A DNA stretch of 20,000 nucleotides from Chiloscyllium plagiosum (GCF_004010195.1 NC_057718.1:33111259-33131258); one strand, 5' to 3'. Numbered from the stretch's first letter, positions 1 through 11,275 are shown. Notes: generated from the letters alone by a model not told the origin. A program made the numbers and translations.

Positions 1-1157
1 ATCCAATATCGTGCCAGAACTAAAGGCAAAATATCTTTCTTCACTTGCCCACAACATTCTGTTAGTGGAGAAAAGCACTTGTGAATTTACACCAAAGTAG
101 CAGCATGAGACAGCTAGCTTCACCTGTTGCTCAAATGTTTAGACATCTTCCCCTTCCAGCATAATCTGAAGTAGACTGGGCCAAAAGTGGTGGGCACAGG
201 CCCGTTTTTGAGTTTTCTAGCCTTGATGAGTGAAAAACAAAATGCTTTGATTCATTGTCTTCCATTACAAATTTTAAAGTTACCAGATCTGAGTGGACTC
301 AGACCAGGGAGAGAAGGAAATCCTGTTGGAGGGTGAGATCACACATGGATTCTGCTGTAAGTATCTCAGACGTGGAGTGGGTCACCACCAGGAGATGGAT
401 GACGTTTCTTAGTGTTTTGATGGGCCTGCCAAACAAGTTGTTGGCAGACTGGTACAAGGCTTTTCGCAGAGTTTGGAACCCATCCTATTGATGGGAAAGT
501 GGTGGCCAACTCCATTAGATCGCTTGAAGTTTCAACATCATGCAGCTTCAGGAGGCCAATGCTTCGGTTTCCACTGCACCACGACAAGAAATGTTCGGTC
601 ATAATGCTGCAGTAGAAGTTCAGACTGTTATCATAACTGCAGATTTTACTGTGCAAGAGCCTATAGTCTCAGACTCTCCTCCATACCAGTGTTCAAAGGG
701 CTGACAAACTTTGACAACAATCCAACAATCTGTGGCCCCATAGATAACTGAGGTTTCTGATGTGTCAGCCCAGAACAGTGGATAATAGCATGTGTACATC
801 TAGCATAAGCTATTTCATTAGATGTACACCATTAGATGTGATTCAGTTATCGGAAATCATTTACTAAATAATCTGGACTGTGCAAAGAATAACAATAGGA
901 TTCAATTTAAAATCATTAGTTGGAATCACAATCTCATGCTAGAACCAAATACTTTTGTAATATACAAGACCCTGTTTTATATAGACAAAACAATTGTATG
1001 CACAGTGTATGATTTTCACTAATAAAAAGGGGGTCAAAGAGACTGCCTAACTCTGTTGCTTTCCAATGTTCCAATGACGACATCTGATTAGTCATTCTGC
1101 CTGCTCTGAAAACTAAGATTGACAGTTAACTGTTCTTCAGAGTTAACGTTACAGGTC

Positions 1158-1285
1158 CAGTTCTGAGGAAGAGTCACCGGATCTAAACATTAACTGATTT
1201 CTCTTCACAGATGCTGCCCGACCTGCTGAGCTTTTCCAGCAACTTCAGTTCTAGTTTCTGATTTACAGCAACCCATGTCCTTTGG
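1158..1285 (+). mobile_element. Penelope-like element terminal-repeat (pLTR) fragment with decayed hammerhead motif
   Basis: cagtt-CTGAGGA-agagtcaccggatc-tAAAC-ATT-aactg followed by the tail cacagatgctgcccgacctgctgagcttttccagca. Related tails occur at 3520, 9155, 13933, 14822 and 16395. Confidence 0.75.
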
Positions 1286-1344
1286 GTTTTTGGTTAACTG
1301 TTCGTGTCCAAGCAATTGATGGCCAAAGCAATCATCACCTTCTT

Positions 1345-2039
1345 AGTCATAGAGTCATAGAGATGTACAGCATGGAAATGGACCCTTCAGTCCAACCCGT
1401 CCATGCCGACCAGATATCCCAACCCAATCTAGTCCCCCCTGTCAGCACCCGACCCATATCTCTCCAAACCCTTCCTATGCATATACCCATCCAAATGCCT
1501 TTTAAATATTGCAATTGTACCAGCCTCCACCATTTCCTCTTGCAGCTCATTCCATACCTATACCACCCTCTGTTTGAAAAAGTTGCCCCTTAGGTCTCTT
1601 TTATATCTTTACCCTCTCACCTTAAACCTACACCGTCTGGTTCTGGACTCCCCACCCCAGGGAAAAGACTTTGTCTATTTATCCTATCCAGGCCCCTCAT
1701 AATTTTGTAAACCTCTATAAGGTTACCCCTTAGCCTCTGACGCTCTAGGGAAAATAGCCCCAGCCTGTCCAGCCTCTCCCTATAGCTCAAATCCTCCAAC
1801 CCTGGCAACATCCTTGTAAATCTTTTCTGAACCCTTTCAAGTTTCACAACATCTTTCCGATAGGAAGGAGATCAGAATTGCATGCAGTATTCCAACAGTG
1901 GCCTAACCAATGTCCTGTACAGCCGCATCATGACCTCCCAACTCCTGTACTCAATACTCTGACCAATATAGAAAAGCGTACCAAACGCCTTCTTCACTAT
2001 CCGATCTACCTGCGACTCCACTTTCAAGGAGCTATGAAT
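1345..2039 (-). mobile_element. CR1-clade LINE (HER1-like), 5'-truncated 3' end
   Basis: Minus-strand ORF2 C-terminal peptides (LYRTLVRPLLEYC.QF, LERVQKRFTRMLPGL, RLRGNLIEVYKIMRG) and a (CTCTATGA)n-type 3' tail at 1345-1362. Highly similar to 5478-6156. Confidence 0.93.
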
Positions 2040-2589
2040 TGGTGTCCCCTTTCTTAAGTCCATAAGTTCTGTCTGAATTCTGATGAAAAGCTTTGACTTC
2101 ATGCCTCCATTTAATCTTGTAAGTCTATATGTATCAATCCCACATCTCTATTGTCCTTTACCGCATTGCATTTGGTTGTTGTGATTGTTAGATTAATTGA
2201 TGGTGCTTTTTCATCTAGCACCTACATTTACTCATGCCCTTCATGATGAAGCTACACTGCCCAAATAGGTGGAAAATCTTGAGTGCCTGAAATCAAAAAT
2301 GCAGAAGGAGAGGATTGGATGGAAATTAAGAAGGCCATGGTAACACCATCTGCAGCCCAGGCCTCATGGCAGATAACAGGAGAACGACGATCTGGGATTA
2401 GTGAGGGTACATTTGGCAGGAATATACCATTATTCTGAATGTTCTCAGTGATGCAGGATTCGAGGTGTTACGATTACCATAGAGACAAATAAATTTCAAA
2501 ATGAAATTTGAACTTCCAGTTATCAACTTTAAAGGATGCAATTTCAATTCATTTTTTTAAAGATCTTTTCTGTAACAAGTAACTAATGT

Positions 2590-2651
2590 GATGCTGGAGA
2601 TCTAAAACAAACAAAAACAGAAATTGCTGAAGAAACTCAGGAGATCTGGCA
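2590..2651 (-). mobile_element. Short PLE terminal-repeat tail fragment (no ribozyme core)
   Basis: gatgctggagatctaaaac...aaacagaaattgctgaagaaactcaggagatctggca is the reverse complement of the PLE tail seen at 1205-1275 and 13986-14055. Confidence 0.55.
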
Positions 2652-2660
2652 AAATTAAGA

Positions 2661-3204
2661 CTCACTCATGGTTCATCCTCGACTGCTATTGAACCAAATA
2701 GTGCCTGAGACCTAATATAGAAAGGAAGTCTGGCGGTATCACAGGGGCTGGAGTGCATCATCAATCTGGATAATGATATCTTGATTTGATTTTGATATTT
2801 TCTGCATCAGTTCCATAAGCTTTGATATTTTGATGTTGTTTATATTATAGTGTCCTACCAGGGTCTGTCTAAACTGATTAATGGTTTGTTTTAAAAATTT
2901 AGAAAAAGGGACTGGGGCCTGGCCGAGGTGGTCATCAACAGGTCCGTGAAGGGGGTTACAGCACTTGACCTCTTTCATGGTTACATCCAAGGAGAGGGAG
3001 AATGCAAAATCCAGCAAGACAATAGAGGCCTTTAAGGACCGATGGTTTCTGCAAGAGCAGAAGTGCATTGTTAATTCCAGCAACAGCACGTTGATTTAAT
3101 TTGATAATTTTTTGTTAATCCTGTTTTAACTATGGTGCTCCACCAGGTTTACTTATTTAAAAAGCAGCAAGGAGAATTGGGCCTGGCCAAGTTGGCTATT
3201 AATA
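2661..3204. repeat. Old diverged tandem duplication (units ~2661-2940 and ~2970-3204)
   Basis: Colinear blocks: tcatggttcatcc/tcatggttacatcc, agtgcat/agtgcat, ttgatttgattttgata/ttgatttaatttgata, tatagtgtcctaccagg/tatggtgctccaccagg, gggcctggccgaggtgg/gggcctggccaagttgg. Confidence 0.6.
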
Positions 3205-3211
3205 TAAGAGC

Positions 3212-3620
3212 TTGGAGGAACAACATCTCATCTTCACACTAAGCACTTTACAACCTTTCGGACTTAATATTGAGTTCAGTACCTTCAGATTATGAACGTA
3301 CTTCTATTCCGTCCCTCTCTTTTATTCTTACTGCTTGCATTCTATGTCACAATGTCCCCACCCCTTCTCCAGTGGGATTATCTGTTCTTTCCAGTCTGGC
3401 AGTTAGACACATTATTGTTCCGCCTTTTTCTCATTTTGATCAACACTCTTTCTTCCCAAGCATTCTACCCATCCTCCCTCCACCATTGCACAAATGCTGT
3501 CCCCTCCACACTTCATGTCAGCTCTGATGAAGATTAATGTCGACTCGAAACATTAGCTTGCTCTCTCTCCACAAATGCTGCCTGACTTGCTGTGATCTCC
3601 AGCATTTTTTGTTTTCAGTT
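3212..3620 (+). mobile_element. Penelope-like retroelement 3' fragment: GIY-YIG endonuclease C-terminus, 3' UTR and pLTR with hammerhead
   Basis: 3212-3295 translates LEEQHLIFTLSTLQPFGLNIEFSTFRL*, matching the E..(W/L)I..L.T..P.GLN motif that ends PLE GIY-YIG domains. A pyrimidine-rich UTR, a hammerhead motif at 3520-3558 and the shared tail follow. Confidence 0.85.
3520..3558 (+). ncRNA. Minimal type-I hammerhead ribozyme motif
   Basis: Helix I agct(3520-23)/agct(3555-58); CUGAUGA 3524-30; helix II region (decayed 5' arm, gactc 3' arm); GAAAC 3547-51; NUH triplet AUU 3552-54. Confidence 0.7.
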
Positions 3621-4054
3621 GGCTATCAATATGTTCAGGTTTGAGCTGTGGGGGAGGTGTTCATGGTTCCCGACTCTGTTCCCCTCTTCTGTGATTTTAT
3701 CAATGCATGGGTGCCCATGAAAAAGGGAGCATATGGAGTCTACTGGCACAGAGCGGGCCTTCTGTGAGATGGGGGCACCACATGGGCTGGAGTGCTCTAT
3801 CATACCCAAAAGTGATATGTTAGTCTGATTTGGATTAGTTTGTTATGCAGCTCTGTAAGCTTCTGTTAAACCTTTGATTTTCTTTTCTCTTTGACACAGT
3901 GCTCTACCAGGGGCCGTTTAAATCATTCTTTACTTCAAAAGAGCAGAAAGGAAGATGAGTGGAAGCACTCTAATCAGTCATGAGCTGGTAATGATCAGTT
4001 CAGCAGCGTGTACATTGCCTTTAAATACTTGAGTTGAATTAGCCACATGCATCA

Positions 4055-4080
4055 TCTCTCTCTCTCTCTCTCACACACAC
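4055..4080. repeat. (TC)9(AC)4 compound microsatellite
   Basis: tctctctctctctctctcacacacac read directly. Confidence 0.9.
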
Positions 4081-5207
4081 CTAATTCATCAAGCTAACTG
4101 GAAAAATACAATAATACAACAACAAAAAAATCCACAAGCTAGCACAATATACTGAACCTTCTGGGTTTCCTATTTGCTGCCAGAATACCCTCCTTCAGCC
4201 CCACCCCAAACGACCACTACATCCAGTGTGTCTACAACTTGAAAGTCAGAGTACATTTTCTAGAATTATAATGGAAACTGAGGTTAAAAAATGAATTCTT
4301 ACAATGAAATAAGATTTGTGAAAGACTCAGATGGCAGAAGTCCATGAATGCTAATGGAAATGAGAAAGGAAGTGGACTTCTGGTTGAAACTTGATACAGA
4401 TCCTTGGAAGCAAAGCTACCAGATAAAGAAAAGATGCATTACAAGCTGCCATGAAATATGATTTTAATTTTCTCAAGTGAAACTGACTGGATGTCTACCA
4501 AATAATGAAGCAGCAAGTGAGATTTCGAAGAATAAATTATATTCCACAGCAAGCCAAGAGCTGATATGTTTATAACACTTCTGTCATTTTGGTATTTTGC
4601 GTTTTGAGATTTTATTCAAGATTGTACTTTCGTTTCCTGGCTATGATGAAACTACTTCAATTCTAACCAACAATACCCATTATATACACTCATATTTGAC
4701 CCCGCTGTGGAAGTCATCCTATCTCATTGTTGCATTCTACAGCTTGGGTGGTGTGGCATAATCTCTTTCATGACACTGTTGCCAAATATGCAGTGTAACT
4801 GCTGATCTCTCTGAAAGTGGGAATTTGGCAGCAGCAGAGAGGCCACCTGGAAGAAATAATCTTCAATCAAAAATGCTGTATTTGTTTGAAAAGTTTAACT
4901 TACTGTACAATCTTTACACTCCTAATATCACAAAGAAGCATCATAGTCTTTTCAATATTTAAGTTTTTCTCAGGCAGTACTAAGAAAACTAAAAGAACTT
5001 GGCATTTGTTGAAGTGAAGCTTGTGAAGCAAGTTATACTTTACCCAGGTCGAGGGCTAATACAACTGTAGCTGTTCATTCATACCATTCTCAGAAGTCGC
5101 CTTGTATACGGTACACTTTTATAATGGTAAAGCTCAGAAAATAATGATAGAGTACTAAGTGAAGTCTGCAATCTTAAAGCAAATACAATAATGTGAAAAA
5201 GAAATGA

Positions 5208-5285
5208 TTTTTAAAATTTATTTATGGGATGTACACGAGGTTGGCTAGGCCAGCGTTTATTATCAATCTCCAAGTTGTCTTCGAG
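5208..5285 (-). mobile_element. Decayed 3' tail of the LINE/SINE pair seen at 11706-12056 and 12795
   Basis: tttatgggatgt...ggccagcgtttatt matches the reverse complement of the SINE end at 11985-12056 and the LINE end at 12795-12850. Confidence 0.5.
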
Positions 5286-5477
5286 TTATGCTTTAAAATC
5301 AGAATTGTGTGTTCACGCTTTGTACAATTTATTGAAAATTTAAAATAATGGCCTGAAACTTCTTCACAGCACGTATGTGAATTTCTAATAAGAACTCACA
5401 AAGGTGACCAATACACGCATGTAGTCTGAGAATTTCTTCTCAATGATCTTGTGACTTCCCAGGTAGATTGCCTAGTT

Positions 5478-7864
5478 ATAGAGTCATAGAGTCACAGATG
5501 TCCAGCATGGAAACAGACCCTTCGGTCCAACCCGTCCATGCTGACCAGATATCCCAACCCAATCTGGTCCCACCTGCCAGCACCTGGCCCATATCCCTCC
5601 AAACTGTTCCTATTCATATACCCATCTAAATGCCTCTTAAGTGTTGCAATTGTACCAGCCTCCACCACATCCTCTTGCAGCTCATTCCATACATGTACCA
5701 CCCTCTGTTTGAAAAAGTTGCCCCTTAGGTCTCTTTTATATCTTTCCCCCCCTCACCCTAAACCTATGCACTCTAGTTCTGGACTCACCCACCTCAGGGA
5801 AAAGACTTGGTCTATTTATCCTATCCATGCCCCTCTATAAGGTCACTACTCAGCCTCCGACGCTCCAGGTAAAACAGCCCCAGCCTGTTCAGCCTCTCCC
5901 TATAGCTCAAATCCTCCAACCCCGGCAACATCCTTGTAAATCTTTTCTGAACCCTTTCAAGTTTCACATCTTTCCAATAGGAAGGAGACCAGAATTGCAT
6001 TCAATATTCCAACAGTGGCCTAACCAATGTCCTGTACAGCCGCAACATGACCTCCCAACTCCTGTACTCAATACTCTGACCAATAAAGGAAAGCATACCA
6101 AATGCCTTCTTCACTATCCTATCTACCTGCGACTCCACTTTCAAGGAGCTATGAATCTGCACTCCAAGGTCTCTTTGTTCAGTAACACTCCCCAGGACCT
6201 TACCATTAAGCGTATAAGTCCTGCTAAGATTTGCTTTCCCAAAATGCAGCACTTTGCATTTATCTGAATTAAACTCCATCTGCCACTTCTCAGCCCATTG
6301 GCCCATCTGGTCCAGATCCTGTTGTAATCTGGAGGTAACCCTCTTCACTGTCCACTACACCTCCAATTTTGGTGTCACCTGCAAACTTACTAAACTGTAC
6401 CTCTTATGCTTGCATCCAAAACATTTATGGAAATGACAAAAAGTAGAGGACTCAGCACCGATCCTTGTGGCACTCCACTGGTCACCGGCCTCCAGTCTGA
6501 AAAACAACTCTCCACCACCACCCTCTGTCTTCTACCTTTGAGCCAATTCTGTATCCAAATGGCTAGTTTTCCCTGTATTCCATGAGATCTAACCTTGTTA
6601 GTCAATCTCCCATGGAGAACTTAGTCAAATGCCTTACTGAAGTCCATATAGATCACGTCTACCGCTCTGCCCTCATCAATCTTCTTTGTTACTTCTTCAA
6701 AAAACTCAACCAAGTTTGAGAGACATGATTTCCCACGCACAAAGCCATGTTGACTATCCCTAATCAGTCCTTGCCTTTCCAAATACATGTACATCCTGTC
6801 CTTCAGGATTCCCTCCAACAACTTGCCCACCACTGAGGTCAGGCTCACTGGTCTATAGTTCCCTGACTTGTCTTTACAGCCCTTCTTAAACAGTAGCACT
6901 TCATTTGCCAACCTCCAGTCTTTCAGCACCTCACCTGTGACTATCAATGATACAAATATCTCATCAAGAGGCCCAGCAATCACTTCTCTAGCTTCCCACA
7001 GAGTTGTTGGGTACACCTGATCAGATCCTGGGGATTTATCTACCTTTAACCATTTCAAGACATCCAGCACTTCCTCCTTTGTAATCTGGACATTTTGCAA
7101 GATGTCATCATCTATTTCCCTACAGTCTATATCTTTCATATCCTTTTCCACATATCTCCCTCATTTTCTGTGGCTCCACACAACGGCCGCCTTGCTGAGC
7201 TTTGAGAGGCCCTATTCTCTCCCTAGTTACCCTTTTGTCCTTAATATATTTGTAAAAACCCTTTGGATTCTCCTTAATTCTATTTGCCAACACTATCTCA
7301 TGTCCCCTTTTTGCCCTTCTGATTTCCCTCTTAAGTATATTCCTACTTCCTTTATACTCTTCTAAGGATTTGCTCAATCTATCCTGTCTACACCTGACAT
7401 ATGCTTCCTTCTTTTTCTTAACAAAACCCTCAATTTCTTTAGTCATCCAGCATTCCCTATACCTACCAGCCTTCCCTTTCACCCTGACAGGAATATACTT
7501 TCTCTGGATTCTTGTTATCTCATTTCTGAAGGCTTCTCATTTTCCAACCGTCCCTTTACCTGTGAACATCTGCCTCCAATCAGCTTTTGAAAGTTCTTGC
7601 CTAATACCGTCAAAATTGGTCTTTCTCCAATTTAGAACTTCAGCTTTTAAATCTGGTCTATCCTTTTCCATCACTATTTTAAAACTAATAGAATTATGGT
7701 CGCTGGCCCCAAAGTGCTCCCCCACTGACACCTCAGTCACCTGCCCTGCCTTATTTCCCAAGAGTAGGTCAAGTTTTGCACCTTCTCTAATAGGTACATC
7801 CACATACTAAATCAGAAAATTGTCTTGTACACACTTAAATTCCTCTCCATCTAAACCTTTAACA
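5478..7864 (-). mobile_element. CR1-clade LINE (HER1-like), ~2.4 kb 5'-truncated copy; ORF2 pseudogene (end of APE domain, RT, C-terminus)
   Basis: Frameshifted minus-strand ORFs: LDLLLGN/SDHNSISF (APE end), NYRPVSLTSVVGKLLE, QHGFVRGKSCLSNL, DFSKAFD, GVPQGSVLSPLLF (RT). Same 3' tail as 1345. Small internal deletions near 5835 and 7152. Confidence 0.96.
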
Positions 7865-8009
7865 TCTGTGAGTGAGATTAGTGATCATTTGGCATGCTAT
7901 TCAATTGTAGCGAGATTATAGTGAAGCCAATCTAATCTAGATCTAATCAGAATAATAAAGTTTTAAAAGGAAAATCAATCACTGGGATTAATATCTGGAG
8001 GACAGAGAA

Positions 8010-8500
8010 GTCAAGCCACATTTGGAGTGCTATGAATACTTCTGGTCTCCGTAGTATAAAACAGATTTTATGCATTGGTTAAGATGCAAAAAAAAATAAA
8101 CAAGAGTGTTGCAAGAATTAGGAGGATACATTTATCAGAAAAGGTTGAACAAACTGTAATTCATTTCGTAAACAATTGAAATTTATGGAGTTACCTGAGT
8201 AAGACCTTTGGATTTCTAAAATAGATTATTAGGACAAGTGCTGAGAAACACTCTGCTTATTGAGGAATCCAAACTAGAGATCATAAATATAAAACCATTG
8301 CTAATAAATCCAACAAGGAATTCAGGTAAAATGTATTGACTGAGCATCTGGTTAGAATGTGGAATTTCCTACAACAGGAAGCAGCTGAAGCAAATTAGAT
8401 TCATTTAAGAGGCTAAGTCAGCAGATGACTGAGAAAAGAATAGATCTTGCTGATTGTGTTAGATGAGGAATAGTGGTAGAAGGCTTATGTGAAAGATATC
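8010..8500 (+). mobile_element. Old, decayed CR1 LINE 3' region
   Basis: Residual peptides VKPHLEC.E.FWSP (cf. VRPHLEYCVQFWSP), YQKRLNKL and VRMWNFLQQEAAEAN, with many stops and indels. Confidence 0.7.
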
Positions 8501-8524
8501 ATGGTTACAAGAATAGATCAAATG

Positions 8525-8790
8525 TTGTCCATCATCTCCAAGACACAGTTCAGGAGTATGATGGATTAATCTCCACTTGCCTGGCTGAATGGAGCTCAGA
8601 TAACCCTCAAGAATTTCAACATCATCCAGGACAAAGCAGCCTACTTGACTGGCACCCCATTTGTCATGTTAAATATTCACGTCTTCTAACTACTGGCACA
8701 CAGTAACAGCATCATGTATCTTGCACAAGATGCACTGGAGCAACTTGCCAATTCTCCTTCAACAATATCTTCCAAACCTGTAATCTAACA
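8525..8790 (+). mobile_element. Fragment of the second (CR1/L2-group) LINE family, ORF2 C-terminal region
   Basis: Translates SPLAWLNGAQITLKNFNIIQDKAAYLTGTP; homologous to the reverse complement of ~13070-13290. Confidence 0.7.
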
Positions 8791-9397
8791 CCTATAAAAC
8801 CTAGTAGGTGTCTAATGAAAGGAAAACAAAACAGTGACATGGCTTTGAGGGTTACATTACCTACTTCTATACTGTAGACACCATGTCATTTGTTCAAAAT
8901 GCATCTCACTCGATATCCACACAGTCATACGCACATTTCCAATAGGACACATTGTTTAAGGTCAGCAATTGAAGTCTGATTGATTTTACCTTGCCATATC
9001 TCAAGGAAATTGATCCTACTGCAATGCTTCCTCATGTCACTCTGACCAAAGACTCAGAATTAAACTGGAGACCTTTCTGCTCTGCAAAGCAAAATATCAA
9101 GTGACATATTTATTTGCCACAATGTGCAACAATATGTTTTATAAAATAAACACAAAGAACTGCAAATGCTGGAAAGCTGACACAAAAACAGGGTGCTGGA
9201 GAAACACAGCAGGTCAAGTCCAGTGACCCTTCATCAGAACTGACAATAGCTGGGAATGGGTGGCATTTATGCAGATTATGGGTGGGGGGGAAGGGCAGTA
9301 GCTAATAGAGTATGTAGAGATGGAAATGCAGAGACAGAGTGTAACAAATAAGGGGATAGGCAAACAAAGAGGCTGACAGAGATAAATACTAGATTGG

Positions 9398-9421
9398 TTA
9401 GGGTTAGGGTTAGGGTTAGGG
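9398..9421 (+). repeat. Interstitial telomeric repeat (TTAGGG)4
   Basis: Four perfect TTAGGG units preceded by an in-register GG. Confidence 0.95.
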
Positions 9422-9570
9422 AAAGGTGTGAAAGAAGCAGCAATGTAATTGTAGGGAATTTTGACTTTACTAACATTAAATGGGATCACTTTAGTGGAAT
9501 GTTTAAAGTGCACCCAGGAAGAGTTGTTTTGTGACAGGATGTAGATATGCCTACTACCGATGGGACAGCA
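9422..9570 (+). mobile_element. Decayed CR1 ORF2 endonuclease fragment lying between the telomeric arrays
   Basis: Translates VIVGNFDFTNIKWDHFS...LKCTQE...QDVDMPT, cf. CR1 APE VIVGDFNFPNIDW...KCIQE.FL.QYVD.PTR. Confidence 0.65.
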
Positions 9571-9655
9571 ACGTCAGCATCCATCTTAACTTGGACCATT
9601 GGAAGCGTGACTCTCTGATGGAAGTATGCTACTTTCTGTAACTAACTGTAACTAA

Positions 9656-9679
9656 CCCTAACCCTAACCCTAACCCTAA
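9656..9679 (-). repeat. Interstitial telomeric repeat (CCCTAA)4
   Basis: Four perfect CCCTAA units, preceded by a tandem 10-mer (ctgtaactaa)2 at 9636-9655. Confidence 0.95.
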
Positions 9680-9747
9680 ACAAAGAGGCTGTTGATAGGC
9701 TGAGAGAGATAAATACTAGATTGGGTACTAATGAGAAGTGTGAATAC

Positions 9748-10093
9748 ATATCCATCTCTACTTCCCACTGTCTTGGGAAAGCAACTAACATAATCATAAA
9801 CCCTTCCCACCTGGATTATATGCACTTCCACCCACTTCTGTCAGGCAGAAGATATAAAAGTTTGAAGCAGATTCAAGACCAGCTTCTTCCTTGCTGTTAT
9901 CAGACTTTTGAACAGACCTTTCAAATGTTAATTCTGATCTCTCTCTGCACCTTCTCTGCGGCTGTAACACTGTGTTCTGCACTCTGTTCTGCTATCCTGA
10001 TGCACTTGGATTGGTACATTTTGCTTGTATAGCACACAACAACACTTTTCACTGTATCTCAGTAGATGTGACAACAATAAATCAAACTCAAAT
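9748..10093 (+). mobile_element. Rex1/Babar-type LINE 3' end
   Basis: Peptide CLGKATNIIINPSHLDYMHFHPLLSGRRYKSL...KTSFFLAVIRLLN is typical of the Rex1/Babar ORF end (II.DPSHP...LF..LPSGRRY). 3' end cttttcactgtatctc...gtgacaacaataaatcaaactcaaat. Confidence 0.75.
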
Positions 10094-11275
10094 GAAAACA
10101 CACTTACGGGTGTGGGCAGAGGATAACTAACATAAAGGAGTGTGATCACATTCTGGACTTATTAAACTCAATTTTGCATCCTGAAGTCTGAAAGGTACCC
10201 AGGCGGAAGGTGAATGTTGTGATGAGCTGTTCTCTAGACAACAAACTGCTTCCACTAAGAATGCATGTGGGGAATTGGACACACTTCCAACTAATTTTTC
10301 CACTCATCAAAATCTTAGTGATGGAAAATCAGGGAGCAGAAACCCTAATTCCTGGTACCAGTAAGCTTTTTACTGTCATGTGATTTTATAAAATTACCTT
10401 TTTTTGTGCTTTGCATACAATATGTGTAAAGATTGGTTGGCGTGTAAAATAAATGATTGATTTGTGATTGCTGATTTCTTACCTCATAATTAAAAATAAA
10501 GTGACCCCTTTTTAATCATGATGTTAGTGATATGAAGCAACAGAGCTCCAAAAAAATGTTTGCCCACAAGCACACTTAACACCAAGCAAGTGTTATGCTA
10601 CTCCATTAATTATATTTGTGATGGAATATAACTTTGCAGAATAGTCTGACCTGATTTATTCCTTACATTTGCAGCAAACCAATCTGAAAGAAAAGTATTA
10701 ACAGTCCCCCAGGTATAAATAACACTCATTAATGCCCCCAAAAGCACTGTCAATGCTTTCAGAACAAGATTATGATTGAGGCCAGATTCAGTGTAAATCC
10801 CCTTTAAAAGGTCACATAAAAGAGCAGTTGAAAGTGCCAGACTTAAGGCAGTTTCCGGCTCTTATCACCCATCAATGAGCTAGATTCAAAGCCAACTTTC
10901 CAGACACCAGCAGAAGTCTTTAAGTATTGCTTTTCAGCTGCAAAAACTGAATTTTTCCTAAATTATTTTTGAAATGGCGTACATTTTGTGCGTATAGTTT
11001 ACTTTGACACAAACTAGGATAGAAGAATCCTATCAAGTATTGATAAGTCATGGATGTCCTCTCTATAATATTCCATTATGTTGGCTGCATGCAGAAACCT
11101 TTCTCTCAATGTATAATCAGAAACATACAGTCCAGTCTAACCTTTAAAAGTGTTTCACATATGTAGTCTGTTTTCTCCATTACAGTTGTTATATTTTCTT
11201 CCTGTCACCTACTGCTGCCAATATGCTGCTAACTTTAATTGTACAGTCTCATATCACATATGGTGGTGGGGTGAG

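Larger units (their letters stand above)
9150..10219 (-). mobile_element. Penelope-like element 3' fragment, interrupted by two insertions
   Basis: Minus 10211-10146 translates TFRLGTFQTSGCKIEFNKSRM*, homologous to 3212-3295. The pLTR at 9150-9245 has cagtt-CTGATGA-agggtcactggac with the GAAAC half deleted. Interrupted at 9398-9679 and 9748-10093. Confidence 0.75.

Noticed and set aside
5538..7810. Plus-strand ORFs of 60-146 aa (also 1282-1593, 15914-16144, 18891-19268, 14453-14758)
   Set aside because: Antisense or off-frame shadows of LINE/SINE sequence with no independent coding evidence.
9422..9635. Spacer between the telomeric arrays as a retrocopy of telomerase RNA (TERC-ITS)
   Set aside because: It translates to a decayed CR1 endonuclease motif and I see no recognisable TERC pseudoknot or H/ACA features. 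Only the ~20 nt next to the CCCTAA array remain untested.
9398..9679. True chromosome end or ancestral telomere-telomere fusion
   Set aside because: Only four units per side, no degenerate subtelomeric repeats, and both flanks belong to one PLE UTR with a direct duplication.
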